32,000 nt of DNA from Microcystis aeruginosa NIES-2549 (GCF_000981785.2 NZ_CP011304.1:4110001-4142000); one strand, 5' to 3'. Positions 16,567-24,918 are shown, counted from the stretch's first letter. Notes: generated by a model not told the origin, from the letters alone. A program made the numbers and translations.

Positions 16567-17592
16567 ATGAATCTACACACTACTTACATGGGTTTACAAT
16601 TGCGATCGCCGTTAGTCATCGGTGCGGCCGCACCCTTGAGCGAGGATATCGACAATATCAAGAAAATGGAGGACTTTGGAGCCGCTGCCGTGGTTTTACA
16701 CTCCTTTTTCGAGGAGCAGATTAAACAGGAAAGACTGGCTCTACACCATCATTTTACCCACGGAGCCGAGAGTTTTGCGGAAGCTTTGACTTATTTTCCC
16801 GAACCGGAGGTTTTTCACGTTGGTTCCGAGGAATATCTCAACCATATTCGCAAAGCCAAAGAAATGGTCGATATTCCCATTATTGCCAGTCTCAACGGTG
16901 AGACCTCCGGGGGATGGTTGGAATATGCCACTCAAATTCAACAAGCGGGCGCTGATGCTTTGGAGTTGAATGTTTATTATGTTCCCAACGACCTAGAATT
17001 AACCGGAAATCACGTCGAACAAAACTACGTTGATATCCTCAAAATTGTCAAATCAGAGGTATCAATTCCCGTCTCGATGAAGTTAAGTCCCTACTTTAGC
17101 AATACGGCCAATATGGCTAAACAATTAGCGGAAGCGGGGGCCGATGGGTTGGTATTATTTAACCGTTTCTATCAGCCGGATATCGACTTAGAAACCTTGG
17201 ATGTTCACCCCAATATTATCCTCAGTAATCCCCAAGCAATGCGTTTACCCCTGCGCTGGATTGCCATGCTTTACGGTCGTGTAGCGACGGATTTTGCCGC
17301 TACCAGTGGCATTCATAACGCCATCGACGTGATCAAAATGATGATGGTGGGGGCAAAAGCGACCATGTTAGTTAGTGTTTTATTACGCCACGGTTTGGAG
17401 GAAATTACCAAGATCGAACAGGGTTTATTGCATTGGTTGGAAGAAAATGAGTACGAATCGATCGAGCAGTTAATTGGCAGTATGAGTCAAATGAATTGCC
17501 CAGATCCGACTGCTTTTGAACGGGTACAGTATATGAAAGCTCTGCAAAGTTACGAACCTGTTTGGAAACGTTTTCAAACCACCAGTAAATAA
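16567..17592 (+). CDS. Dihydroorotate-dehydrogenase-like FMN TIM-barrel protein of unknown function
   Basis: It shows class-1 DHOD/DPD-like landmarks (GL.L.SP...GA, ELNV...PN, SMKLSP, LFNR, TSGI....D..K....GA). The start lies 2 nt after the nifJ stop, with an SD (aagga) inside the nifJ end. Confidence 0.8.
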   Translation: MNLHTTYMGLQLRSPLVIGAAAPLSEDIDNIKKMEDFGAAAVVLHSFFEEQIKQERLALHHHFTHGAESFAEALTYFPEPEVFHVGSEEYLNHIRKAKEMVDIPIIASLNGETSGGWLEYATQIQQAGADALELNVYYVPNDLELTGNHVEQNYVDILKIVKSEVSIPVSMKLSPYFSNTANMAKQLAEAGADGLVLFNRFYQPDIDLETLDVHPNIILSNPQAMRLPLRWIAMLYGRVATDFAATSGIHNAIDVIKMMMVGAKATMLVSVLLRHGLEEITKIEQGLLHWLEENEYESIEQLIGSMSQMNCPDPTAFERVQYMKALQSYEPVWKRFQTTSK

Positions 17593-17595
17593 AAG

Positions 17596-17733
17596 TGGGA
17601 AGCTTTTTTCAGTGTTGCCAAAGGCACGGCGTAGCCGTCCAGTGATCAGTAAACAGTAATCAGTGAACTGAAAACTTAACTGAAAACTGAAAACTTACAT
17701 CTGATCACTGATAACTGATAACTGATAACTGAC
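17596..17733 (-). repeat. Composite intergenic repeat, copy B (inverted relative to copy A)
   Basis: The core tgggaagcttttttcagtgttgccaaaggcacggcgtagccgtcc is followed by heptamers: CAGTGAT CAGTAAA CAGTAAT CAGTGAA CTGAAAA ... GATAACT x3. The reverse complement aligns with 9889-10005. Confidence 0.9.
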
Positions 17734-17757
17734 AAAAAAATCCTGGAGGATATAACC

Positions 17758-18966
17758 ATGAACGAGAATCAAAAGAAAAAAATCGGTATTCTGACCAGTG
17801 GTGGCGATTGCCCGGGGTTAAATGCGGTAATTCGTGCCGTGGTGAAATCATCAAAACTCAAGGGTTGGGATGTGTACGGCATTCCCTACGGGACCGACGG
17901 TTTTATGCAGATTGCCGAGGGAAAATATCACCCCGAAGATTTGATCCTGACTCAGCATGGCTATAACCTGCCAGGGGTCTTGAAAGGATTAGACGTTTTG
18001 CAGTTTCTTAGTGGTAGTGTCTTGGGTTCTTTGAGCAAAGGACATCCCGAAAACCCAGAAATTGCCACGAAAATCCTGCAAGGATACGAAATGCTGGGAT
18101 TAGATGCCCTGATCGTCATCGGAGGCGATGGGAGCATCGATATCATCTACGATCTCGCCCAGAAAGGCAATTGGAATATTATCGCGGTTCCCAAAACCAT
18201 CGATAATGACGTTCCCTATACGGAATGGGCAGTCGGTTTTACCACTGCCGTCGATATCGTTACTCAAGCTTTGTATGATCTCACCTTTACCGCCGCTAGT
18301 CACGAAAGGGTGATGATTGTGCAGGTGATGGGTAGAGATGCCGGTCATTTAGCTCTTCATGCCGGAATTGCCGGGGGGGCCGATGCGATTTTTATTCCCG
18401 AATTAACCCCGGCTCTCACTCCCGAAATTATCGACGGTTGTTGTCGTCATTTGGCACAATTACGCGCTCAAGGTCGTAAATTCGCTCTCATTGTGATTTC
18501 TGAGGGTGTTAAAAACGAAGATAACCAAAAAGAGAAGTATATTGCCGATTATTTAGAAAAATTAATATTTGACAAAACTCGCTCTTTGTGCGTTACCGAT
18601 CCCGTCTTCTGTTATCTCAATTCCATAGATGTGCGGGCCATGTCTTTGGGACACCTGCAAAGAAGTCGTCCTCCTTTGGCCATGGATCGACTGTTAGCCA
18701 CGGCTTTCGGCATTAAGGCCGTAGAATTAATCGAACAGGGAAAACTCGATCGCGTGGTGATTTGGCGCGGGGGACAAGTGCGTAGTTTGCCACTGAAACC
18801 GGTGATCAAAATTATCAAACAATGTCATCAAGAGCATCGCTGTGCCTATCCCGTCGATCCCCAGGGTTTCATCGTCAAAACCGCCCGTTCTTTGGGAATT
18901 TACCTAGGGGAAAATACCACGACCGAGACGGCAGTAGTTCCGCAAGCTGTGGAGGCGTTGGTTTAG
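17758..18966 (+). CDS. pfkA: ATP-dependent 6-phosphofructokinase
   Basis: Motifs [34 protein letters not shown] and [10 protein letters not shown]. An SD (ggagga) sits 8 nt upstream. Confidence 0.9.
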   Translation: MNENQKKKIGILTSGGDCPGLNAVIRAVVKSSKLKGWDVYGIPYGTDGFMQIAEGKYHPEDLILTQHGYNLPGVLKGLDVLQFLSGSVLGSLSKGHPENPEIATKILQGYEMLGLDALIVIGGDGSIDIIYDLAQKGNWNIIAVPKTIDNDVPYTEWAVGFTTAVDIVTQALYDLTFTAASHERVMIVQVMGRDAGHLALHAGIAGGADAIFIPELTPALTPEIIDGCCRHLAQLRAQGRKFALIVISEGVKNEDNQKEKYIADYLEKLIFDKTRSLCVTDPVFCYLNSIDVRAMSLGHLQRSRPPLAMDRLLATAFGIKAVELIEQGKLDRVVIWRGGQVRSLPLKPVIKIIKQCHQEHRCAYPVDPQGFIVKTARSLGIYLGENTTTETAVVPQAVEALV

Positions 18967-19028
18967 TGATAATAAAGCGAGAAGGGCTGCTAAGTATCCA
19001 AGCCAAATTACTTACACCCCTCGCCAAC

Positions 19029-19067
19029 TCTCTTGCCTTTTGCCCCTTGCCTCTTGCCTATCTCAAC
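19029..19067. repeat. Heptamer array CTCTTGC CTTTTGC CCCTTGC CTCTTGC CTATCTC (second copy of the 783-817 family)
   Basis: Direct reading. It shares the same flank, atctcaac, as the copy at 783-817. Confidence 0.8.
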
Positions 19068-19171
19068 TAGGAAATTAATTTCGCACAACTGTGTAATATT
19101 TCATCTTGACGAGAAAGGCCGTACTTAAAAAAATATGGTATGATGGGAAATTGTCAGTTTTACGAAAGCCG

Positions 19172-19534
19172 ATGAAAGCGGAAGAGATTATCAAATCAAT
19201 CGAAGCCGAGTATCTCAAGAGCGATCTGCCCATTATCCATGTCGGTGACACGATCCGGGTAGGGGTGCGAATCGTCGAAGGAGATAAAGAGCGGATTCAG
19301 CCCTACGAGGGCATTGTCATCGCCAAACGCCATGGCGGTATCAACGAAACGATTACAGTACGCAAAGTCTTCCAAGGTGTGGGAGTAGAAAGAGTCTTCC
19401 TGATCCACTCACCGAGGGTTGCCAGTATCAAGATCATCCGTCGTGGTAAAGTACGTCGGGCGAAACTCTACTATCTGCGCGATCGGGTTGGCAAAGCCAC
19501 CAGGGTACAAGAACGTTTCGATCGCCCTCTCTAA
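19172..19534 (+). CDS. rplS: 50S ribosomal protein L19
   Basis: The translation [65 protein letters not shown]... is an unmistakable L19. The track start at 19106 is a TTG giving 22 non-L19 residues, so the ATG at 19172 is preferred. Confidence 0.92.
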   Translation: MKAEEIIKSIEAEYLKSDLPIIHVGDTIRVGVRIVEGDKERIQPYEGIVIAKRHGGINETITVRKVFQGVGVERVFLIHSPRVASIKIIRRGKVRRAKLYYLRDRVGKATRVQERFDRPL

Positions 19535-19565
19535 AAAATTTCCGGCGACAGCCTAACCAAGAAAG

Positions 19566-19595
19566 TTGCTTAATCGCCAACAACTACGCTATAAT
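19566..19595 (+). promoter_or_regulatory. Candidate sigma70-type promoter for tRNA-Trp/secE (TTGCTT - 18 nt - TATAAT)
   Basis: The hexamers were read directly at 19566-19571 and 19590-19595. The -10 lies about 40 nt upstream of the tRNA 5' end. Confidence 0.35.
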
Positions 19596-19635
19596 AAATA
19601 AAGGCCTTAAAAAAGCCAAATAGTTTAGCGAATGG

Positions 19636-19708
19636 GCGCTCTTAGTTCAGTTGGTAGAACGCAGGTCTCCAAAACCTGATGTCGGGGGTTCAAGTCCTCC
19701 AGGGCGCG
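19636..19708 (+). tRNA. trnW: tRNA-Trp (anticodon CCA)
   Basis: Folded by hand into a 73-nt cloverleaf. The acceptor is GCGCTCT/AGGGCGC with one G-U pair. The D arm is GTTC-AGTTGGTA-GAAC. The anticodon arm is CAGGT-CTCCAAA-ACCTG. The variable loop is ATGTC and the T arm is GGGGG-TTCAAGT-CCTCC. The discriminator is G and CCA is not encoded. Confidence 0.92.
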
Positions 19709-19832
19709 TTTGGTAATCACCAAGCCGATAACTGCAAAGGACATGATCTAAATGTCTGAGGGTTAGTGTGGGTTGTCCGGTGAAAATGATAAGTTAAGGA
19801 TAGCTTGAGTATCATTTTAAGGAGTAGCGATC

Positions 19833-20069
19833 GTGGCCAAAAAAGAAACCCTAGAAAAAGACGCGAGCGACAAGAAAGAGGGAAGCTCCTTTCAGGTCAA
19901 GGAATTCGTCAATGAAACCAAAGAAGAACTCGCCAAAGTCGTCTGGCCTTCCCGTCAGCAACTTTTGAGCGAATCGGCGGCGGTGATGTTAATGGTGACT
20001 TTAGTAGCCACTCTCATCTATCTAATCGATAAATTCTTTGCCTGGGGTGCGGGGAAGGTGTTCCCATGA
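19833..20069 (+). CDS. secE: Preprotein translocase subunit SecE
   Basis: 78 aa with a GTG start after aaggag. It has a single C-terminal TM helix (AAVMLMVTLVATLIYLIDKFF) and the motif EL.KV.WPSR. It sits between tRNA-Trp and nusG, and its stop overlaps the nusG start (ATGA). Confidence 0.85.
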   Translation: MAKKETLEKDASDKKEGSSFQVKEFVNETKEELAKVVWPSRQQLLSESAAVMLMVTLVATLIYLIDKFFAWGAGKVFP

Positions 20070-20683
20070 ATCTAGAAGAAGAGCAGTTTCCCGAAGAACT
20101 CAATCTTAGCGGCCTACCGAAAAAACCCCGTTGGTATGCCGTGCAGGTGGCTTCCGGTTGTGAGAAACGGGTCAAAGCTAATTTGGAACAGCGCATCCAC
20201 ACCCTCGATGTGGCCGATCGCATTCTGCAAGTCCAGATTCCCCAAGCGGCCACCGTCAAAGTCCGCAAGGATGGTTCACGGCAACACGGCGAGGAAAAAG
20301 TCTTCCCCGGTTATGTCCTGATCAGAATGATCATGGATGATGACGCTTGGCAGGTGGTGAAAAACACCCCCCATGTGATCAACTTTGTCGGGGCCGAACA
20401 AAAACGGCACTACGGACGCGGCCGCGGTCACGTCACCCCGCTACCCTTGAGTATGTCAGAAGTCGATCGCATCTTCAAACAAGCTCAGATTCAAGAACCC
20501 GTCGTCAAAATCAATATGGAAGTTGGCGATCAAATCTTGGTTCTATCCGGTCCATTTAAGGACTTTGAAGGGGAAGTGATCGAAGTTAGTCCCGAGCGCG
20601 GCAAACTCAAGGCCCTGCTCTCCATTTTTGGTCGGGATACCCCGGTCGAGTTGGAATTTAATCAAGTCGAAAAACAAAACTAA
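20066..20683 (+). CDS. nusG: Transcription termination/antitermination factor NusG
   Basis: It has an NGN domain (WYAVQVASGCEKRVKANLE...FPGYVLIRM) and a KOW motif (GDQILVLSGPFKDFEGEVIEV). Confidence 0.95.
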   Translation: MNLEEEQFPEELNLSGLPKKPRWYAVQVASGCEKRVKANLEQRIHTLDVADRILQVQIPQAATVKVRKDGSRQHGEEKVFPGYVLIRMIMDDDAWQVVKNTPHVINFVGAEQKRHYGRGRGHVTPLPLSMSEVDRIFKQAQIQEPVVKINMEVGDQILVLSGPFKDFEGEVIEVSPERGKLKALLSIFGRDTPVELEFNQVEKQN

Positions 20684-20686
20684 ACC

Positions 20687-21112
20687 ATGGCTAAAAAAGT
20701 CGTCGCAATTATTAAACTAGCTTTACCTGCTGGTAAGGCTAACCCTGCTCCTCCGGTGGGTCCTGCTTTAGGTCAACACGGGGTGAATATTATGGCGTTT
20801 TGTAAAGATTACAACGCTAAAACCGCCGATCAGGCTGGGATGATCATCCCTGTGGAAATCTCCGTTTTTGAGGATCGTAGTTTTACCTTTGTCCTCAAAA
20901 CTCCCCCCGCTTCCGTTCTCATCCGTAAAGCGGCCGGCGTGGAAAGAGGTTCCAACGAACCTAACAAGAAATTTGTCGCCACCATTACCCGCGACCAATT
21001 ACGCGAAATCGCCCAAACTAAAATGCCCGATCTTAACGCTAACGACATCGAAGCGGCCATGAATATTGTGGCGGGAACGGCCAGAAATATGGGTGTCAAG
21101 ATCTCAGACTAA
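20687..21112 (+). CDS. rplK: 50S ribosomal protein L11
   Basis: [44 protein letters not shown]... is canonical L11. Confidence 0.96.
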   Translation: MAKKVVAIIKLALPAGKANPAPPVGPALGQHGVNIMAFCKDYNAKTADQAGMIIPVEISVFEDRSFTFVLKTPPASVLIRKAAGVERGSNEPNKKFVATITRDQLREIAQTKMPDLNANDIEAAMNIVAGTARNMGVKISD

Positions 21113-21167
21113 ATCTTATTACGGGGAGAAGTTAAGCTTCGTTATTACCCAAGGAGCAACAAATCAG

Positions 21168-21881
21168 ATGGTAAAAAAAGTTTCACGACGTTTGCGAGAT
21201 GCCCAGGCTAAGGTAGAAAATAAAGCCTACGAGCCATTAGAGGCACTAACATTATTAAAGGAATTAGCGACGGCGAAATTCGACGAAACCGCCGAAGCTC
21301 ATATTCGTTTAGGCATCGATCCTAAATATACCGACCAACAACTGCGAACAACGGTAAGTTTACCCAAAGGAACCGGACGCACGGTGCGAGTAGCGGTCAT
21401 TACTCGCGGGGAAAAGGTACAGGAAGCGAACAACGCCGGGGCCGATATCGTTGGTTCGGAAGAATTAATCGAAGAAATCGCCAAGGGGATGATGGATTTC
21501 GAGGTTTTGATCGCCACCCCCGATATGATGCCGAAAGTGGCGAAATTAGGTCGTCAACTTGGTCCACGGGGTTTAATGCCCTCACCGAAAGGGGGAACCG
21601 TAACCACGGATTTAACGGGGGCAATCTCTGAGTTTAAAGCGGGTAAATTGGAATTCCGGGCCGATCGCACCGGAATCGTTCACGTTCAATTTGGTAAAGC
21701 CTCCTTTAGTGCCGAGGATCTGTTAGTCAATTTGAAGGCTTTACAGGAAACGGTGGACAGAAACCGGCCTTCTGGGGCCAAGGGGCGTTACTGGCGCACG
21801 GTTTACGTTTCTTCCTCCATGGGGCCATCGATTCAAGTGGATATTAGCACCCTGCGGGATCTGAAATTAGCCGAAGGTTAA
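21168..21881 (+). CDS. rplA: 50S ribosomal protein L1
   Basis: [32 protein letters not shown]...[16 protein letters not shown] is canonical L1. The ATG at 21168 is preceded by aaggag at 21151-21156. The track start at 21066 overlaps rplK and is rejected. Confidence 0.95.
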   Translation: MVKKVSRRLRDAQAKVENKAYEPLEALTLLKELATAKFDETAEAHIRLGIDPKYTDQQLRTTVSLPKGTGRTVRVAVITRGEKVQEANNAGADIVGSEELIEEIAKGMMDFEVLIATPDMMPKVAKLGRQLGPRGLMPSPKGGTVTTDLTGAISEFKAGKLEFRADRTGIVHVQFGKASFSAEDLLVNLKALQETVDRNRPSGAKGRYWRTVYVSSSMGPSIQVDISTLRDLKLAEG

Positions 21882-21905
21882 TGACAGTTATTTTTCTTTG
21901 AAAAA

Positions 21906-21932
21906 GCCTCCAAGGGATTGGGGGCGTTTTTT
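21906..21932 (+). terminator. Rho-independent terminator after rplA
   Basis: The stem GCCTCC / GGGGGC (one G-U pair) has an 8-nt loop and is followed by GTTTTTT. Confidence 0.6.
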
Positions 21933-21986
21933 GGCTTGATCGCCCGATTGATATAGAATCAAAAGGCTACACTCAAGATTAATCGC

Positions 21987-22946
21987 TTGAATTATTCTCT
22001 TGTATCTGTTCCTAAAGCCAGCGTGTGGATTGTAGATTCCCCTAATACCCGTATTTTAGTTCCTTGTGCGATCGCTCTTGGTAACTTTGATGGTTTGCAC
22101 CTAGGTCATCAAACCGTCCTACAGCCAATTTTTCAGGATGGCCCCGCTTATCCCACCGTTGTTAGTTTTACTCCCCACCCGCGTGAATTTTTTACGCGAG
22201 AAAAATGGCAATTATTAACTCCTCTAGGGGAAAAGGTGGAGGTTTTAGAGAATTTAGGCGTTAAACAATTAGTTTTACTGCCTTTCTCTGCTCAATTAGC
22301 TTCCCTGACTCCCTTGGCTTTTGTCGAACAGATTTTAGTAGAAAAATTACAGGCTAAATCGATCAGTGTTGGTCAAGATTTTCGCTTCGGTTATCGTCGT
22401 CAAGGTACAGCCGAAGATTTATTACAGATCGCCTCTCAATTTAATATTAAAGTCGAGATTGTTGGTTTAAAAAACTGTGGGGCGGGTCGGATTAGTAGTT
22501 CCCTAATTCGTCAAGCTTTGGCAGCGGGAAACGTTGAGCAAGCCGGACAAATGTTAGGTCGTCCCTACAGTTTAACCGGTCGTGTGGTCGTCGGGCAACA
22601 ACTGGGCAGAACATTAGGTTTTCATACCGCTAATCTACAGGTTCCTCCCGATAAATTATTGCCGCGACTGGGGGTTTATTGCGGTTGGGTGCATCTTGAT
22701 GGTTCTCGCTTACCGGCAGTTATGAACATCGGTTATCGTCCCACGATCGAGGGAAAAACTATCAGTGTGGAAATCCATTTATTGGATTGGTCAGGCAATG
22801 TATATGATCGCATTTTAACGATGGATTTAGTGCAATTCCTGCGACCAGAACAGAAATTTAATTCTCTCGATCGATTAAAAAATCAGATCGAGATAGACTG
22901 CGATCGCTCTCGGTTAATTCTAACTTCTGTAACCGACAACTCCTAA
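21987..22946 (+). CDS. ribF: Bifunctional riboflavin kinase / FMN adenylyltransferase
   Basis: Motifs ALGNFDGLHLGHQ, FTPHPREFF, FRFGYRRQGT, and the kinase-part GR.LGF.TANL...G.Y...V. The start is uncertain (TTG 21987 or GTG 22023). Confidence 0.9.
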   Translation: MNYSLVSVPKASVWIVDSPNTRILVPCAIALGNFDGLHLGHQTVLQPIFQDGPAYPTVVSFTPHPREFFTREKWQLLTPLGEKVEVLENLGVKQLVLLPFSAQLASLTPLAFVEQILVEKLQAKSISVGQDFRFGYRRQGTAEDLLQIASQFNIKVEIVGLKNCGAGRISSSLIRQALAAGNVEQAGQMLGRPYSLTGRVVVGQQLGRTLGFHTANLQVPPDKLLPRLGVYCGWVHLDGSRLPAVMNIGYRPTIEGKTISVEIHLLDWSGNVYDRILTMDLVQFLRPEQKFNSLDRLKNQIEIDCDRSRLILTSVTDNS

Positions 22947-23215
22947 TATTTTTGGTATTCTCTTTCCACTTTACCCACCGCTTTCAATAAAGGAGAATCG
23001 AGGGAATCGATCCAATCAGCTACTTCTCGGGCTAATCCTAGGGTAACAATACCTTGAGACGATGGTAATTGACCGGCTAACGCCTGACTTTTGATGGTTT
23101 TCAGGACAGAAATTAAACCCTCAATCCGAGTCGATATTTCTGTTTTCCGCATCTGTTCGGCCACGGTAATAGCTTGGTCAATTGATTGAATTAATTCCCT
23201 CATGTTCGTTTCCAT
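22943..23215 (-). CDS. Small cytoplasmic helical protein; candidate immunity partner of the upstream gene
   Basis: 90 aa with no signal peptide and helix-favouring composition. It starts 6 nt after the stop of 23222..23746 on the same strand. Its stop overlaps the ribF stop by 4 nt. Confidence 0.5.
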   Translation of the reverse strand: METNMRELIQSIDQAITVAEQMRKTEISTRIEGLISVLKTIKSQALAGQLPSSQGIVTLGLAREVADWIDSLDSPLLKAVGKVEREYQKY

Positions 23216-23221
23216 AATATT

Positions 23222-23746
23222 CTAGCGACAGGAAAGAGATGTAACCGTTATTGCTCGCCCCTCTCCCCATTGTATATTGGCATCTCGCGAGTCTTTAATA
23301 AAAGTTTGCTGACCACCACCGGGATAACAATCAGCCGGATTCTGGGGGGCAACAATTCCTTGATAAACCGTTGTTCCCGCCGGTAAAGTCACCGATACTA
23401 CTTTGGTCGCTTGATTGGGAGGATTCCACTTTTGATCGAGGGCTAAATTTCTGATCACCTCCACATTCGTGGTATATTGATCCGTGGTCAGAAAACGACC
23501 TTTTTTGCTATTTTCGTCACTATAATAACGGAAAAAAGTCTGGGGTTTTTCTAGGGTAACTGCCTGACATTCACTATTGCGAAAAGTGATGGCAAGATCT
23601 GGAGGAAGAGGACAGGAAGGGGCTTGATCTTGAGCCAATATTTTCCGAGAATTGAAAGTCAAATTTTCGGGTAAACTATTGGTTAATGTACTGGCAGCGA
23701 TTCCTAAAACAAGACTAAAAACGAGCGAACTAGCTTTCATCTTCAC
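23222..23746 (-). CDS. Secreted small protein with TNT/DUF4237-like (NAD+ glycohydrolase) motifs
   Basis: It has a Sec-type signal (MKMKASSLVFSLVLGIAAS) and 4 Cys. The motif strings FFRYYS....GRFLTTDQYTT...IRNLAL and VTLPAGTTVYQGIVAPQ......YPGGGQQTFI match my recollection of the TNT-domain pattern. No HMM search was run. Confidence 0.5.
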   Translation of the reverse strand: MKMKASSLVFSLVLGIAASTLTNSLPENLTFNSRKILAQDQAPSCPLPPDLAITFRNSECQAVTLEKPQTFFRYYSDENSKKGRFLTTDQYTTNVEVIRNLALDQKWNPPNQATKVVSVTLPAGTTVYQGIVAPQNPADCYPGGGQQTFIKDSRDANIQWGEGRAITVTSLSCR

Positions 23747-23993
23747 TGATTAAGAGAAATTCTTCTCGATTTTACCGTACTGAACCGACTGAAAATCTTG
23801 ATTTCGCCCACTGGCAACAATTCTTAACTAATTTTCTCTATGCTCGCCACCCTAACCCCGATTAGCTCCCTAGCAGAAAAATTACCGCCATTGTCTGTCA
23901 ACTTTCCTCGCTAGTGTGGGCAAATTGGGAAAAGAATCGTTAAGATCAAAAAAATTAACATTAATCTTCTTGACAAAATACCCCATTTGTACT

Positions 23994-24917
23994 ATGAGAG
24001 ACGCTATTGATATTTTGATGGAAAATCTGAGCCAGAGCATCGTCGGCCAAACCGAATCGATTCGCATTGTGCTGGTGGCTTTGCTCAGTGGTGGTCACGC
24101 TCTCCTGGAAGATGTCCCCGGAGTCGGCAAAACCCTGTTAGCCAAATCCTTAGCGCGTTCAATTAACGGTCGTTTCCAACGGGTACAATGCACCCCTGAC
24201 CTCCTCCCTAGTGATATCACGGGAACCACGATTTGGAACCCCAACAGTCGCGAATTTGAATTTATCCCCGGCCCCGCTTTTGCTAACGTCCTGTTGGCCG
24301 ATGAAATCAACCGGGCCACCCCGCGCACCCAATCGGCACTTCTAGAAGTCATGGAAGAAAAACAAGTTACCATCGATGGAGAAGCGCGGCCGGTCCCCCA
24401 ACCTTTCTTTGTTATCGCCACCCAAAATCCGATCGAATATCAAGGCACTTTTCCGCTTCCAGAAGCGCAAATGGACCGTTTTGCCATTTGCCTGAGTTTG
24501 GGTTATCCCAGCGCCACAGAAGAATTAAAAATGTTACAAAGACAGCATTCTCAAGAGGCGGTTAAATCCCTAGAAGCTTGTATTTCCTTAGAACAGGTGG
24601 GAGAATTGCAAAGATTAGTCAGTCTGGTCAAGGTAGCTCCTGCTTTACAGCAATATATCGTCGATTTAGTCCGCGCTACCCGTGATCATGAAGATATTAG
24701 TTTAGGAGTCAGTCCCCGGGGTTGTGTGGTTTTGCAAAAAGCAGTTCAAGCTTACGCTTTCCTCGAAGGTCGCGATTATGCTATCCCCGATGATGTTAAG
24801 TTTATTACTCCCTATGTCTTCTGCCACCGTCTGATTCCTAGTCACGGTCGTCAAGCTAAAGTTATCGTGGAAAGACTTCTACAATCGGTGGCAATCGAGG
24901 ATCGCATCTGTGCCTGA
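23994..24917 (+). CDS. MoxR-family AAA+ ATPase
   Basis: Motifs IVGQ...I..VLVALLSGGHALLEDVPGVGKT (Walker A), LLADEINRATPRTQSALLE (Walker B / sensor) and FFVIATQNPIE. I chose the ATG at 23994 (MRDAIDIL...) rather than the GTG at 23916. A TTGACA -35-like hexamer lies at 23969-23974. Confidence 0.9.
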   Translation: MRDAIDILMENLSQSIVGQTESIRIVLVALLSGGHALLEDVPGVGKTLLAKSLARSINGRFQRVQCTPDLLPSDITGTTIWNPNSREFEFIPGPAFANVLLADEINRATPRTQSALLEVMEEKQVTIDGEARPVPQPFFVIATQNPIEYQGTFPLPEAQMDRFAICLSLGYPSATEELKMLQRQHSQEAVKSLEACISLEQVGELQRLVSLVKVAPALQQYIVDLVRATRDHEDISLGVSPRGCVVLQKAVQAYAFLEGRDYAIPDDVKFITPYVFCHRLIPSHGRQAKVIVERLLQSVAIEDRICA

Positions 24918-24918
24918 A

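Noticed and set aside
9889-17733. Composite transposon or genomic island bounded by the inverted repeat copies A and B
   Set aside because: There is no transposase or integrase inside. The contents are housekeeping genes (lexA, nifJ). The repeat also occurs singly at 30637. Dispersed intergenic repeats are the simpler explanation, and only the inversion potential is retained as a finding.
18822-19070. 82-aa plus-strand ORF running from the pfkA 3' end through the CTCTTGC heptamer array
   Set aside because: It is out of frame with pfkA for most of its length and then reads through a tandem repeat. It has no independent support.
19783-19818. AAAATGATA ... TATCATTTT inverted repeat just before the secE SD, as a possible attenuator
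   Set aside because: The stem is all A/T with an 18-nt loop, so predicted stability is low. I know of no such element here.
21066-21167. Upstream start for rplA overlapping rplK
   Set aside because: The added residues ([16 protein letters not shown]...) are not L1-like. The ATG at 21168 has a canonical aaggag SD and yields the conserved L1 N-terminus.
23882-24067. 61-aa minus-strand ORF across the moxR start
   Set aside because: It overlaps the moxR promoter and N-terminus, has no SD, and its hydrophobic translation shows no recognisable features.
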